From NCBI GenBank assembly GCA_951804945.1, contig OX638161.1:29698001-29762000 (forward strand): a DNA stretch of 64,000 bases. The letters run 5' to 3'. Every line of letters begins with the position of its first letter. The first letter of the stretch is position 1. The translations under genes and the position numbers were made by a program. This document shows positions 1-12,600 of the stretch, in pieces. The stretch is from Podarcis cretensis (lineage: Eukaryota). The notes under the pieces are model-generated. The model saw only the letters and a program-made list of their open reading frames with translations. It did not search any database and was not told the origin of the DNA.

Positions 1-207
1 TATGTAGGTGCTTCTAAAGTAATATATAGTTGTTTTGAATTCACATCACTGTCCTCTTTTCCAACCCACAAGCCCATCCTGTGGCTTGAATGGAGATTGC
101 AGCCTGACCACTGAATCCTGTCTTGTCTTCGCAGGGGAATCCCTTCCCATTTCAGCCTGGCCTCTGCTATGTTGCGTTCTCCGCATCTTCTCCAATAGCT
201 TTTGCAA

Positions 208-3200
208 ATGAAAATGGAGGAAATGACTTTGTCGGGCCTGGATAACAGCAAGTTGGAGGTAAGTTGCCTCCCTTGAGGCTGAAAGGCTTCTTACAAGGAT
301 TTGGAGGGAGCAATGCCATCAAAGGCAGGCAGAAATTGATGGGCTCATGAAAAGCCTGAGGTGGAGGACCTGTTCTCCTAGGTACAGAAGTTCATGCCAG
401 TCTGGTGTAGTGGTTAAGAGCGGTAGACTCGTAATCTGGTGAACCGGGTTCGCTTCCCCGCTCCTCCACATTCAGCTGCTGGGTGACCTTGGGCTAGTCA
501 CACTTCTCTGAAGTCTCTCAGCCCCACTCACCTCACAGAGTGTTTGTTGTGGGGGAGAAAGGGAAAGGAGATTGTTAGCCGCTTTGAGACTCCTTAGGGT
601 AGTGATAAAGTGGGATATCAAATCTAAATCCAAACTCTTCATGCAAGCCAGGACTTTAGCCCCAGAGCCTTTCCATCATGAGAGTTGCTGGAAGAATATT
701 AGAAATTGGGATTCCTCCCCCTTTTTAATAAAGAGACTTCATCCTTTGTATTGATTGTGTGTTTGAAGCACAACCTATTCTGACATCTATTAGGAATATT
801 GATTCATTTTACACGGTTACAATTTCACAGCCTTGCTGCCATTTCTTTTGACTTTGGTGCCCCGGGAATTTAGAATGAGGCTACACTCACTCTCGTTTCT
901 GTGGTTTACCTCTGAGTAGACTTAACTAGGATTGTACGGCAGTGTAGGCAATTCTGGGTGACCTTTTACGACTAGTTAGAATGACTTGTGTGTCCTGGGG
1001 TGTGGAAGTGCAAGCCACTCGCATTTCCTGACACCTTCCCCTCCACATTATCATTTCTGAGACAGCCCTTGGTCTGTCTTAACCTCTCCCCCCCCCCCCC
1101 AACAGCCATGAAGAACAATTGAAGCCTTCCAGGCAGTGTTTGGATAGTAGATGCTGCTTGTATTCTTGAGAACAGAGTTGGGGAGTGAGGGGGGACATGG
1201 CTAGTGGAAATACTCTTATCAGGATGCAGCAATGTACATTAATTTGGCTGGATAGCTTGGTCGGTAGAGCCTGAGACTCTTAATCCCAGGGTCGTGGGTT
1301 TGAGCCCCACACTGGGCGAAAGATTCCTGCATTTCAGGGGGTTGGGCTAGATGACCCTTGTGGACCCTTCCAACTCTACAATTCCAGAGTGTGTTCTGGG
1401 TGCTGAACTCTGGACTGGAATCAGATTCTGATCCTTAAACCATGGGCAATGGGTGTTGCTCCCAGTTCAACCTTGCTCTTGTTCTCTACTGCTCTCACTG
1501 GTCTTGTCCTTTGTCTTGGTCTTCTTGCTTCCTAGGCTGTGGCTCATGATATCTATACAGACTTGATTGAGGATGCCTGCCTGGGCTTGTGCTTTGAGGT
1601 CCACCGGGCTGTCAAATGTGGCTATTTCTTTTTGGATGACACAGATCCTGAGAGTATGAAGGACTTTGGTAAGTATGCAGCCAATCATTCCCCCACCCCC
1701 ACCCCATTGCCCCTTACCAGAAATCCAGCATAGATTTTTAAAGGGTACTTCTTTGTTTTAATGCCTTGAATCTAATCCATGGGTAAGCAAACTAAGGCCC
1801 GGGGACCGGATCCGGCCCAATCGCCTTCTAAATCCGGCCCACAGACGGTCCAGGAATCAGCATGTTTTTACATGAGTAGAATGTGTCCTTTTATTTAAAA
1901 TGCATCTCTGGGTTATTTGTGGGGCACAGGAATTTGTTCATTCCCCCCCCCCAAAATAGTATGGCCCCCCACAAGGTCTGAGGGACAGTGGACCGGCCCC
2001 CTGCTGAAAAAGTTTGCTCACCCCTGACTTTAATCCAGTTCCTTGATTAAATTTGTGCTCAGACATATATTTAATACCAGCACAGCTGCCAAAGGTTCAT
2101 TTTCCTTTTTTAAAAAGTTACTTTTTTCTCTCTCTCCCGCCCCCCCGCCTTCTAAAGTGAGTGATTTAAGAAGCTACTCATAATGGTGGGCTGCAGAATT
2201 TTATGGCTGGGGAAAGGGAGGGTGGTTAAATCCAGACCACAGCGTGGCACATACAAAGAGCAGGGGAACTGCAGAATGGTGCCTGCAGAATGAAATGTTC
2301 CAGAGGCAATATGTTCCGTGCTGCAAGGAACTCACATGAAGGGAGCTTGGTGGCAGGATGAGCTTAAAGTCGCCTGGGAAATCTTTTGCTCGAGACTGCA
2401 GGATTTAAGAAGAGGGGATCAAAGTGGTTTGGTGAATTAGTGGGGTTCCCCAGCTGGTGCCTCCCCCCCACTCCTTTGGATTCAGCCAGTCCCTCCCCAC
2501 CCTCCCACTTGAGAAATCACCTCCCATTTCTTCCCTACTCCCAGAAATTGTAGATCAGCCGGGACTGGATATCTTTGGCCAGGTCTACAACCAGTGGAAG
2601 AACAAGGAATGTGTTTGCCCAAACTGCAGCCGAAGCATTGCCGCCTCCCGCTTCGCCCCACACTTGGAGAAGTGCCTTGGCATGGGCCGGAACAGCAGCC
2701 GCATTGCCAATAGGAGGTGAGGTCTAAGAATCGAAGCCTTGCCGGAAAGCCAAACCTCTCAAAATGGTGTTTCGGGTGAGAAGGCCAAGGGTAGGATTTC
2801 TGGAAGAAGGAACAAATGCCAAAAACAGGTGAACTTTTGGCTTCCGGTTCATACCAGGTTGTGCATCTCCTGTGCTTAAAACAATTTTTTGATGTCTTTG
2901 CCATGCTGAACCTAAATTCTGCACCGCTAAGAAGCTTACGTGGCATGGCTGGAAAATACAGCCCAGATTGATGCTAGCAATTGCCTGGTCTGGCCTGGTC
3001 TGGTCTGGTCTGGTCTGCTCTGGTGTGGAATTGTGGCTAAGAGAGGGTTCAAATTGTGCCTCTGCCCCTGACCTTTCCAAGTCCAAATGGCCTTGGTAAA
3101 GCTGCTGTTCTCTGTCCTGACCCTTCTTTTCTTCTTCTCCCCATCCCCAGTCTTCCATATGGGGATCATTACATCATTACACGGAATTCAGAGGGATATT

Positions 3201-6200
3201 GAAAGGGAGTACTGAGGGGTTTTGTGTGAATTGCTGTAAACGCTCAAAAAGTGTTATAATTGCAACGGCATATTTAAGAACCTGCTGCTGGTGACAAATC
3301 AGAAGAAAGTGTGGCTTTGGCTTTGACTCTCCTTGCTCCATTGCACTGTATCCTAATAGCAGGGTTTTCAAATTTTCCTTCAACAGGGACCCCTTTTTAA
3401 AATTTCTTTTTTTTTGGCAAGAACCCCCTTGCCTTGTTGGCATGGGTGTGGGAGCAGCTTCTATGGCCACGTGCTCAGTTCATGTAGATATTTGCCAGTC
3501 TTGCTTGGGGGCTTCACCTCCTTGTGGGAACTGGGAATGTGTCATGGAGCACAGCCTTGGGCCTGCACTTTGCAGAGGAAGACAGTGGTGGGAACACAGG
3601 CATTCCTGTTAGTTACGAGTCGGCCTTCAGACATGGCCATGTAACTTTCACAGGAAGTTAATCACCATTAAGTGTCATCTTTGCCATTCGAAACTGCTGC
3701 TCAGACTTTTCCTTCTCCCACCACAAAGCTGTCTAGCTCACTTTCTTTTTTTCTCTTCCTGTTCCTTTTGCTACAGGATAGCAAGCAGTAACAACATGAA
3801 CAAATCCGAGAGTGACCAAGAAGACAACGACGATATAAATGATAATGACTGGTCATATGGATCCGAGAAGAAAGGTAAGACAAGGAAGGGGTTTGGCAGC
3901 GTATTATTTATTCTGTTTATAAATAGCATATTCTGTACTGTTTTCTGGCTTACAACAATAAAACCTCAAAGGAAAGGGTGTTCAAATAATACGGATAAAC
4001 CAAACCATAACTTGACGAAAACGGGAATGATTTACAGATGGAACAAAAGAAATTCCTTTAGGTGGGCAGCTAAGGCAATAGAGGAGGGACCGGTCTAACA
4101 GATGCAGATGTTGCTGAACCACAACTCCTGCCATCCCTGACAATGGACCATGTTAGGGCTGATGGGAGTTGAAGTCTAGCAACATCTGGATGGCCACAGG
4201 TTCCCCATAGGCCTCTGTGGCCTGCGGGAGCATGTAGCCCAGTTCAAAAGTTGTCCATTTGCATCACGTGTTTGGCTTTATAAAGAAAGCAGAGGATGGG
4301 GGAAATACCCTGAAAACACTAGACAGAACAGGGTTTGTTCTCCCCCCCCCCCCCAAGATTGGTAGGCCAAGGCTTTATCATGTTGGTGAATATCATCATT
4401 TTACTTAGAATATCATTGTGCAGCATTCTGTCTACAGTGTTTCCCAAACTTGAGGTCTCCAGCTGTTTTTGGACTACAACTCGGATCATCTCCAGCTAGC
4501 AGGACCGGTGGTCAGGAATGACAGGAATTGTATTCCAGAAACAGATGGAGACCCAAGTTTGGGAAACACTGGAAGGTTTTGCGGAAAGCATTTGTCAGAA
4601 CTGGCCCTTGAGCTAACAGAGACTGTGCTTTGTTCTTGGGGTGTTTTGTTAAAGTAGTCTCGTCTCTTTTCCTTCCTAGCAAAAAAGAGAAAATCAGATA
4701 AGGTAAGACCATCCTTATGCATACTGGCGCAGTTAAATGAGATGTACCTTTTCTAACTTCTTTTGCAAAGAGCGGTCAGTACAGGAGAAAACTTGAAAGA
4801 CACACATCCCTTGTGCATGTGAGCAGACCTGCTGATTTCCCTCAACTTTCTCGATCTTAACCTATATGCTGAATGTTGCTTGCCGAATCTTGGGAGGGTC
4901 GGGGGAGGCTGTTGATAGAGAGGGCTGCATCCTTTGGAATGGCCTGGTGGTAGATTTTACTCACACTTGTTCTGATTGGCAGCTTCTCAGGAGGATCCCC
5001 TCCAGCAGCTTGTTGAGTGATTCTGGTCCCCAACTCTGTTGCACAAAGATCCTGTAAATATACTTCTGTGTACCTGGAGGCTTCTTTTTAATTTTTTACT
5101 GCTAGACAGCGCACCTGCTCTGTTGGTTATGGCAAGGAGTGCTGGGCTTTTGGGGCTCGATAACTGTGGCCATTTGACCACTGCATTCCTTTGATGTCAC
5201 TTTTCTTTTCCTTTTTTAAAAAAATAAATTTTATTAGGGTTTATAGAGAAAAATACATAATTTAATATCAAACATATTTCCCCCTCTTTTTTTTTGTCCA
5301 AACTAAGACTTTAAATATAGTAAAAACATAAAGAGAAGGGGGGAGAGTGAAAGGAATAAAGAAATAGAAATAGAAAAGAGGTTAAGAAAGAGAGAGAGAT
5401 AGAGAGAAATAAAATTCAGAAGGTAAGGGACTTCTGATTCTTCATCTCTCAGCTATATATAAACAATATTCACTTCACCCACTCTAATATAATACCCAGC
5501 AAAGCCACTTTCCATAAACAAATATTATCTTCAATCCTCAAATCCAAATGTCATTATTTCATGTTCTTTTCACTCCAAAAGCCTATGGGAGTTTTCCAAT
5601 CTTTTAACAAATGTTAGCAACAACTTTTCCCTGATTAAACATGTCAGTTTCGCCATCTCCACTAAGTCCGTTAGTTTTAACAGCCATTCTTCCATTGCTG
5701 GTAACAATGGGTCCTTTCATCTTTCTGCATATAAAAGTCTCGGAGCCGTAATCGTATATTGAAGCAAAGTTCCATAGTCCCCTCTGATGACATTTTTCAA
5801 GGTTAGCAGTAAGGTGTGTTTTTTTTAATGACCTTTGCTGCTCTTCCCCTTTTGTTTCAGAATCCCAACTCGCCCCGACGATCCAAGTCCCTGAAACATA
5901 AAAATGGTGAGTGCATTATGTGTGTTGGTTCTCTTTCCGTCCTTACACACTATAGCAGCATTTCCTGGGCTCCTTAAGCATACTTCTCTGTGTTAATTAA
6001 AATCTGGCATCCAAGTAGATTGGGGTTGACAGGGAAAGGCGTAGTATGGAAGGCCTTTAAATTGGTCTGACAGGTAGGGAGAGAAGGTTTTTTAAAAACC
6101 ACACACACACACACAAAATTTGGAAGTTTCAAATGGGGCCTAATACACCACATATGTGGCTATCTGGGATGATGATTGTGTGTGTAGCAGTTCTTTAGAC

Positions 6201-9200
6201 CAGATGCAGATGGAGCCAGTGGAAAGAGGGTGTTGCAAAAATACTTGGGAACAGGCGTTAAGCAGGACAGCTCTGAGACCACAATGCAAAATGGGGAACC
6301 TGTTTGGAGATGCATGATAGCTCAGTTGGTAGAACATGAGACTCCTAATCTTAGGGTCGTGAGTTTGAGTCTCACATTGGGCGAAATATTGCTGTGTTGC
6401 AGGGAGTTGGACTGGGTGACCCTTGCGGTCCCTTTCAACTCTATGATCCTATGACACTCAGCCTATCCCTCAACTCATCACTTCCCCTTGCGTTCCTTCC
6501 TAATAAGCCCTCAGTGCTGCCAGGAGATTAAAATGTTGAGGGAGGAACTTTATGGCCTTCCAGATGTCACTGTACTCCGACACCCACCAGCCACAGCTTG
6601 CATGGCCAATGGTCAGTTACGTTGAGAATTGTAGACCAGCAGCACCTGGCGGTTGATAGTTTCTGCACCCTTGGAGCAAAGTGAGCTTTTCAACTGCGCT
6701 GGATGCATATTACGTTGTGCTTGTGTGTGTGTGTGTGTTACTATACAAAGATAAAATATACTAGGCATGTCCAACCAGTCAACAACTTTGCTGAAGGCTC
6801 CCCCAAAAAAGCTCAACAAGTTTGGTCAATCCAATGGGGTTTTTTTTTATAGTGGGAGTAGATCGCAGTCTCTTGGGAGTTGGACATGCCTGAAATATAC
6901 AAATGAAATTCATGGTTTTGCATCCCAAGTTCTTGTTTTGTGCATTTCCTAAGGTGGAGGCCAGACATCACTATTAATATGCATCCTCTTTTCTTCTTTT
7001 TCTTTTTCCCCTTCCCTAGGGGAACTGAGTGGTAACTCGGACCCATTTAAGGTGAGTTTAGCTTGTCTCTGTAGCTCTCAACTTCTCATGTCCCGAGAGG
7101 ACTTCAGGAGACCATAGAGCTGTTCTGCGTAGCTGTCCACTGGGGTCTGAGTGGACTTTCAAGGGCCACAGTATGGGAGCCACTGTGAATAGAGAATGCC
7201 CTTGGAGAATTGGTCCCAAAAAGCAATCGCTCTTATTTGTGTAACCTCTAAAGTGCCTTGGTCTGTGTGTATTCTGTTCCAATAGTATAACAACTCTGCT
7301 GGAATCAACTATGAAACACTGGGCCCTGAGGAGCTCCGTACTTTGCTCACGACGGTGAGTACCAGAGTTTCCTTCTGCCTCTTGCTCTCGTGCACCATCA
7401 GCTGCAAGGGCTGCCTCTTAACTATGACTTCTTTGCTATTGGTCGTTGACTGCAATAAAATGACTTGCTTACTATGGCTTCCTACCAGAACCTCTTCTGT
7501 GAAATCACAGCATCCAAGTCAGTGATAGCCGGAGGGCCCATGACATCTCTTAGCCAAGTCCCACGGTGTGTTCGGCGGATAGATTAGCTATTTGCAATGA
7601 AATACTAGCTTTAATATTTATTTAGGCCCAGCTGACTTGTTTGTTGGGGTGCATGGAACAGGGAACAGCAGAGGAGGTGGCACAGGCAAGGCTCTGTAGG
7701 CTTAGGTTTTGAAGCACAAGGTCAGCCTGGATAGCTCAGTTGGTTTAGAGCACGGGGCTGATAAGCAGGTTGCACACGGAGGTGTGAAAGAAAACTGTGT
7801 GCGCAGGAATATATATTGATGCACTCTGTGAGCTGCTGCCTAGGCCTTGGTGTGGGTCCTCTCAGGTTTCCTTGTTTTTACCCCATGGAGTGGTATCGAT
7901 CTTGCCAGGGATCATGGCTTTACTCTCTTACCTTTCCCCTACTCTGAGTGGGAACGTTCCTCCACATCTGTCTTCTCCACCTCCCAAGTAGGGTCGTTCA
8001 TAGCTTCCTTGAGACCAGGCTCTACCCCTCCCATACCTCACAGGGCCACCTCATGCGAGTTCTCTTGCTTCCAGGTAGGCCATATTGGCTCACCCGCCTC
8101 CACATTCCCGATAACTTTCCATCCTCCTCCTTCAGCCCCTCTTGGAGCCACTGTAACTTTTGTCTTTATCCCGGCAGCCCTCATAGCATTTCTGAGAACT
8201 CTACCTGCATTTAGAGTGTTGCTCCTCAATTTCAGGTGGCAAAAATTATTCTTACAACCCCCCTCCCCCCGTATACTTTTCAGAATGTGTAAAAGTAAGA
8301 ATTGCCTTCCTTCAGAGCTCCCTCCCCACCCCAATACATTTGTGTGAGACATGTTTTGAGTGCCACCCCTGATTAGGAAACGCCAGAGTAACAACCTAAG
8401 CAGAGATGAAACAGGTGGGCACATTTGGTTTGCAGGGAACAGCTAATAAATTCCTTATTCCCCAGTTATATTATACCATACAGTTAGAGCATTAGTGGTA
8501 TCATGCTTGGCTGAAAGGAGCCAACCCACTTCTGTCATACTCGGTGGACTTTGATTTGTTCGCTGCTGCACGCTTTTAATTTGTTGACACTGTATATTTC
8601 CTTCTCCGTAGCAATGTGGGGTGATATCTGAGCACACCAAGAAGATGTGTACACGGTGAGAGCAGCCCTTCCTTCTACTTTCTTGAGCCCCATAACCTCT
8701 TTCCGTTCCTCTGCCGGTGCAACCGTTCCCAGGTCACAAGGAGAGTGGGAGGTATTCACAAGACTGCCTGCTTGGGGTGGCTGAGTGGAAATCCAGGCTA
8801 ACTGCGATGGATCTGAAAGAACACCCACACTTGATCCGTACGCTGCTGTTGACTCAGAATTTACGCTCGGGGTCAAAACATCCTGAAAGCCGGGTTGTGG
8901 GGGGAGTGTATTTCCCGTTGGATTAGCTTGCAAACTGCCTGCACAGGCTGAAGGTGGAAGTCAAAACCTTCCCGACTCTTCAATCTACCCTTGCAACTTG
9001 CTGTTGCTGGTTTGCCTGTCACAATGCACCTTTTTTTTGCTGGTCATTTATCAGTAGCTTAAAAGGGAACTAGCTCTTAATGAGTTTGCGGAAGTTTCTT
9101 TGCCTGCTTGCTTGGAAGAGACTGGGAGTGGCCGCTGAGACCATATAACATTGGTCCTCAAAGACCTACTTTGGCTCCCAGTACATTTCTGAGCACAATT

Positions 9201-9576
9201 CGAAGTGTTGGTGCTGACCTTTAAAGCCCTAAACAGCCCTGGGCCAGTATACCCAAAGGAGCATCTCCACCCCCATCGTTCAGCCCGGACACAGATCCAG
9301 CACCGAGGGCCTTCTGGTGGTTCCCTCACTGCGAGAAGTGAGGTTACAGGGAACCAGGCCGAGGGACTTCTTGGTAGTGGCGCCCGTCCTATGGAATGCC
9401 CTCCCATCAGATGTCAAGGAAATAAACAATTATCTGACTTTTAGAAGACGTCTGAAGGCAGCCCTGTTTAGGGAAGTTTTTAATGTTTGATATTTTATCA
9501 TGTTTTTAATATTCTGTTGGGAGCTGCCCATAGTGGCTGGGGAAACCCAGCCAGATGGGTGGGGCATAAATAATCA

Positions 9577-9612
<36 letters not shown>

Positions 9613-12600
9613 AGTCACCACACGTGGACCAGCAAACAGTTGCTTACAAACCTGCCTTAGTCATTGTCATAGGACAGAGTCAGACTACTGGGAGCTGTGC
9701 AGGAACTGCTGAAAAACTCGCTGTATGATTCCTGTAACCAGCAAATTAAGCCCAGTGTTACCACCACCACCACCCAGTTTCCCCAGAATTATGACTGGCT
9801 GTGGAAGGATGTTGGCATTGGGCTTGACTGCCTGTCGGGGCGATGGATAACTTCCTCCCCAGATGGCAATGGGCGCCATGTGTTCAGTTGCCAAGTGCCC
9901 ACCGTAGCGCTTACTGGTCTGCCGTTTATGCTCCCGGTTGATGGTTAATTGGGCTCATTGGTATCCATTTAAGCCCAGTGCTTGTGTTCTGCTTCTGATA
10001 TCTTAGCCCTGGTGAAGAGACTGGGAGTTGTCCACCAGCTTGTGTTTCCAACCTCCCTTCTACCATGAAAGTTTTACCTTCGCTTCTCTTGTCAGCCTGA
10101 ACACTAATGGGTTGGCAACTGTTGGTGTAAGACATAATTGTACACTATGGCTAAAACCTTATCAGAGAAGAGAGGGAAATCTGAATTTCATACAGGAGTG
10201 TACAGACCCATGCATTTGACAGGCAGTGTCAATGGTCCACATGTGTAGCTTTCTGCGCTCAGTGTAGAGTATCCAGGATTGTGTACACCCCATGCTTTTT
10301 ATAATTAAAAAGTCCATTCAAATTCTGTGATAAAAATTGGGCAGCTTGTATAAATTATGAAATTAAGATCTGTGGCTATTTTAAATTTTTTTATTTTTGC
10401 TGGTGGGAAACTTATTATCCTCCAGACGTTGAACTCCAGCTCCCATCAGCCCCAATCAACATGACCAATGGTCAGGGTTTATAGAAGAAAAAACATCTGG
10501 GAGGCCACAGATTCTCCACTTCCGTCACACAGCCATGGAGAGGTTGCAGAAGCCCCATGTCTTTATGAGTAGAAATCCTGGTCAGCATCCTCACTCTGGC
10601 TTCTGAGGCTACAACTGAGATTGCCCCACACTTGCAAGCCTCTTGTTTTGCAGCCATGAGAGCTACCAACTTGCTTTTAATGGAAGACATCTTAGGTCCA
10701 GAAAGTCACTGAAATCAGTGCCCACTTCCCGAATTTGAAATGTTCAAAATACACAGTTCTGGGTTTATTACTGGACCAAGGGGCCTATCTTTTTTTTAAA
10801 GGATGCTCCTGGTTGTATGTTTCAGCACCCAAATGAGCCCTTCATATGACTGGCTTAGTTACTCCTTTTCCGGAATAGCGCAAACATTCTTTACTGCAGT
10901 CCAAAGACCCACAGAAACAGTTTTGGAAGCAAAATACCGCAGGAACACAGGGAAAAGATTCCAAGGCAGTCACTATGCTTTATCCATTTCTGGAATGAAT
11001 AGCAATCCGTTTAGGAACAGGAAAACCTGTGTTTCTCAGCTTGTGCCTCATCCCTGACTTTTCCCCTTTTCCCGCAGGTCTTTGCGCTGCCCCCAGCACA
11101 CGGATGAACAGCGGAGGTCAGTCAGAGTCTACCTCCTGGGACCCTCTGCGTAAGTGTGATGGGATGGAGGCAGGGCAGGTGTGGTGTAGGGAAACCCCCC
11201 CCCCCCAAAAAAAGTGTCATGTGATTAACACTTAAGTTCAACTGGAAGGACTTTGGAGAAGGACTGTGCTTGCTTTTTTTTTTTTTTTAAAGCTGAATTC
11301 TTAAACGGGCATAAATTGAGCATCTTTCTGTAGCTGATTAGCATAATTATGCATAGGTGGTCAAGAAGAGGCGGCAGGACTGGGAGAAACCTTACCTGGC
11401 CATCCTGCCCACACTCTCTTTCGGTCATATTTTTGCACCTGTGAAGCTTGCAGGCGTTTTTGGTCTCCTTTCTTAGTAAACCCACACTCAGTGCAGTGTT
11501 TTATGTTCCATTGAAACCGCAGAGTTCATTTTGTCTTGCCTGGGATTTGCTGCCTGGATGGAAGCTATCCTGATCCTCCTTCATTGGCTACTGTGCTTCA
11601 ATACGCAGCATGCATTGAGAGCACCCAGATTCTGCATACATTACTCACCTGAACATGCATGCACTCTCTCTCTCTCTCCCTCTCTCTCGCTCTCTCTCTC
11701 CCTCTCTGGCGTAACTTCCCTTCTGTTTGCACATGAGTGGAAAGCCAAGAAGTTGCCTGAAGCCTTACCATCAGCAAGTCATCCTCAGCCTCTATCCACT
11801 CAAGCTTCTGCAATTCCACCCCATGCTGCCCACACATCTTACAACTTGCTTTCTCAGTCATCTAGACAATTTTGTTTTAATGCACTGCACAACATTAGAT
11901 CACATCCCCGTTACTCTGTATCAGTTAATAACTAGGGACCCTCCAGTCCTTGATAATTATTGCAAATTTAAAAATCTCCATTTTACCTGTAAAAGTTGGA
12001 CATGGTGGGGACCAGCCCTGTGTCAGTTCTAATCTTGGTATGACAACTTTGTTAAGAGTCTTGAAGTGTAAATCAGAAGATTTTGCCATTTTGGTCTAGT
12101 TCAAGGATTGGGAACCTTTAGGGTCCTCTAGATATCACTAGATTCCCACCTCCTATCAGTCTCAGTCACCATGGACTGTGGTCAGGGACAGTGAAAATGG
12201 TGGTCCAACAACATCTGGAGGTCCACAGCTTCCCCATGCCTGGTCTAGTCTGTTTCCAGGAGTCCTGTTTACAATCAGGTGACCCTGGGGACAAAAAAAT
12301 TCACTCCCATAGTACCTTGTATTCAGAAAATATACTGCTCTTACAGGGACGTGGGTGGCACTGTGGGTTAAACCACAGAGCCTAGGACTTGCCGATCAGA
12401 ATCCCCACGACGGGGTGAGCTCCCGTTGCTCGGTCCCTGCTCCTGCCAACCTAGCAGTTTGAAAACACGTCAAAGTGCAAGTAGATAAATAGGTACCGCT
12501 CCGGCGGGAAGGTAAACGCCGTTCCGTGCGCTGCTCTGGTTCACCAGAAGCGGCTTAGTCATGCTGGCTACATGACCCGGAAGCTGTACGCTGGCTCCCT

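Noticed and set aside
1246-1320. tRNA-Lys(CTT)-like sequence (also 6312-6385, and a tRNA-like head near 7727)
   Set aside because: Stem and box mutations, no Pol III terminator, and direct fusion to a CR1-type tail. These are SINE heads, not tRNA genes.
7847-8424. 166-aa and 128-aa ORFs in ATXN7L3 intron 8
   Set aside because: No homology I recognise and no supporting splice signals.
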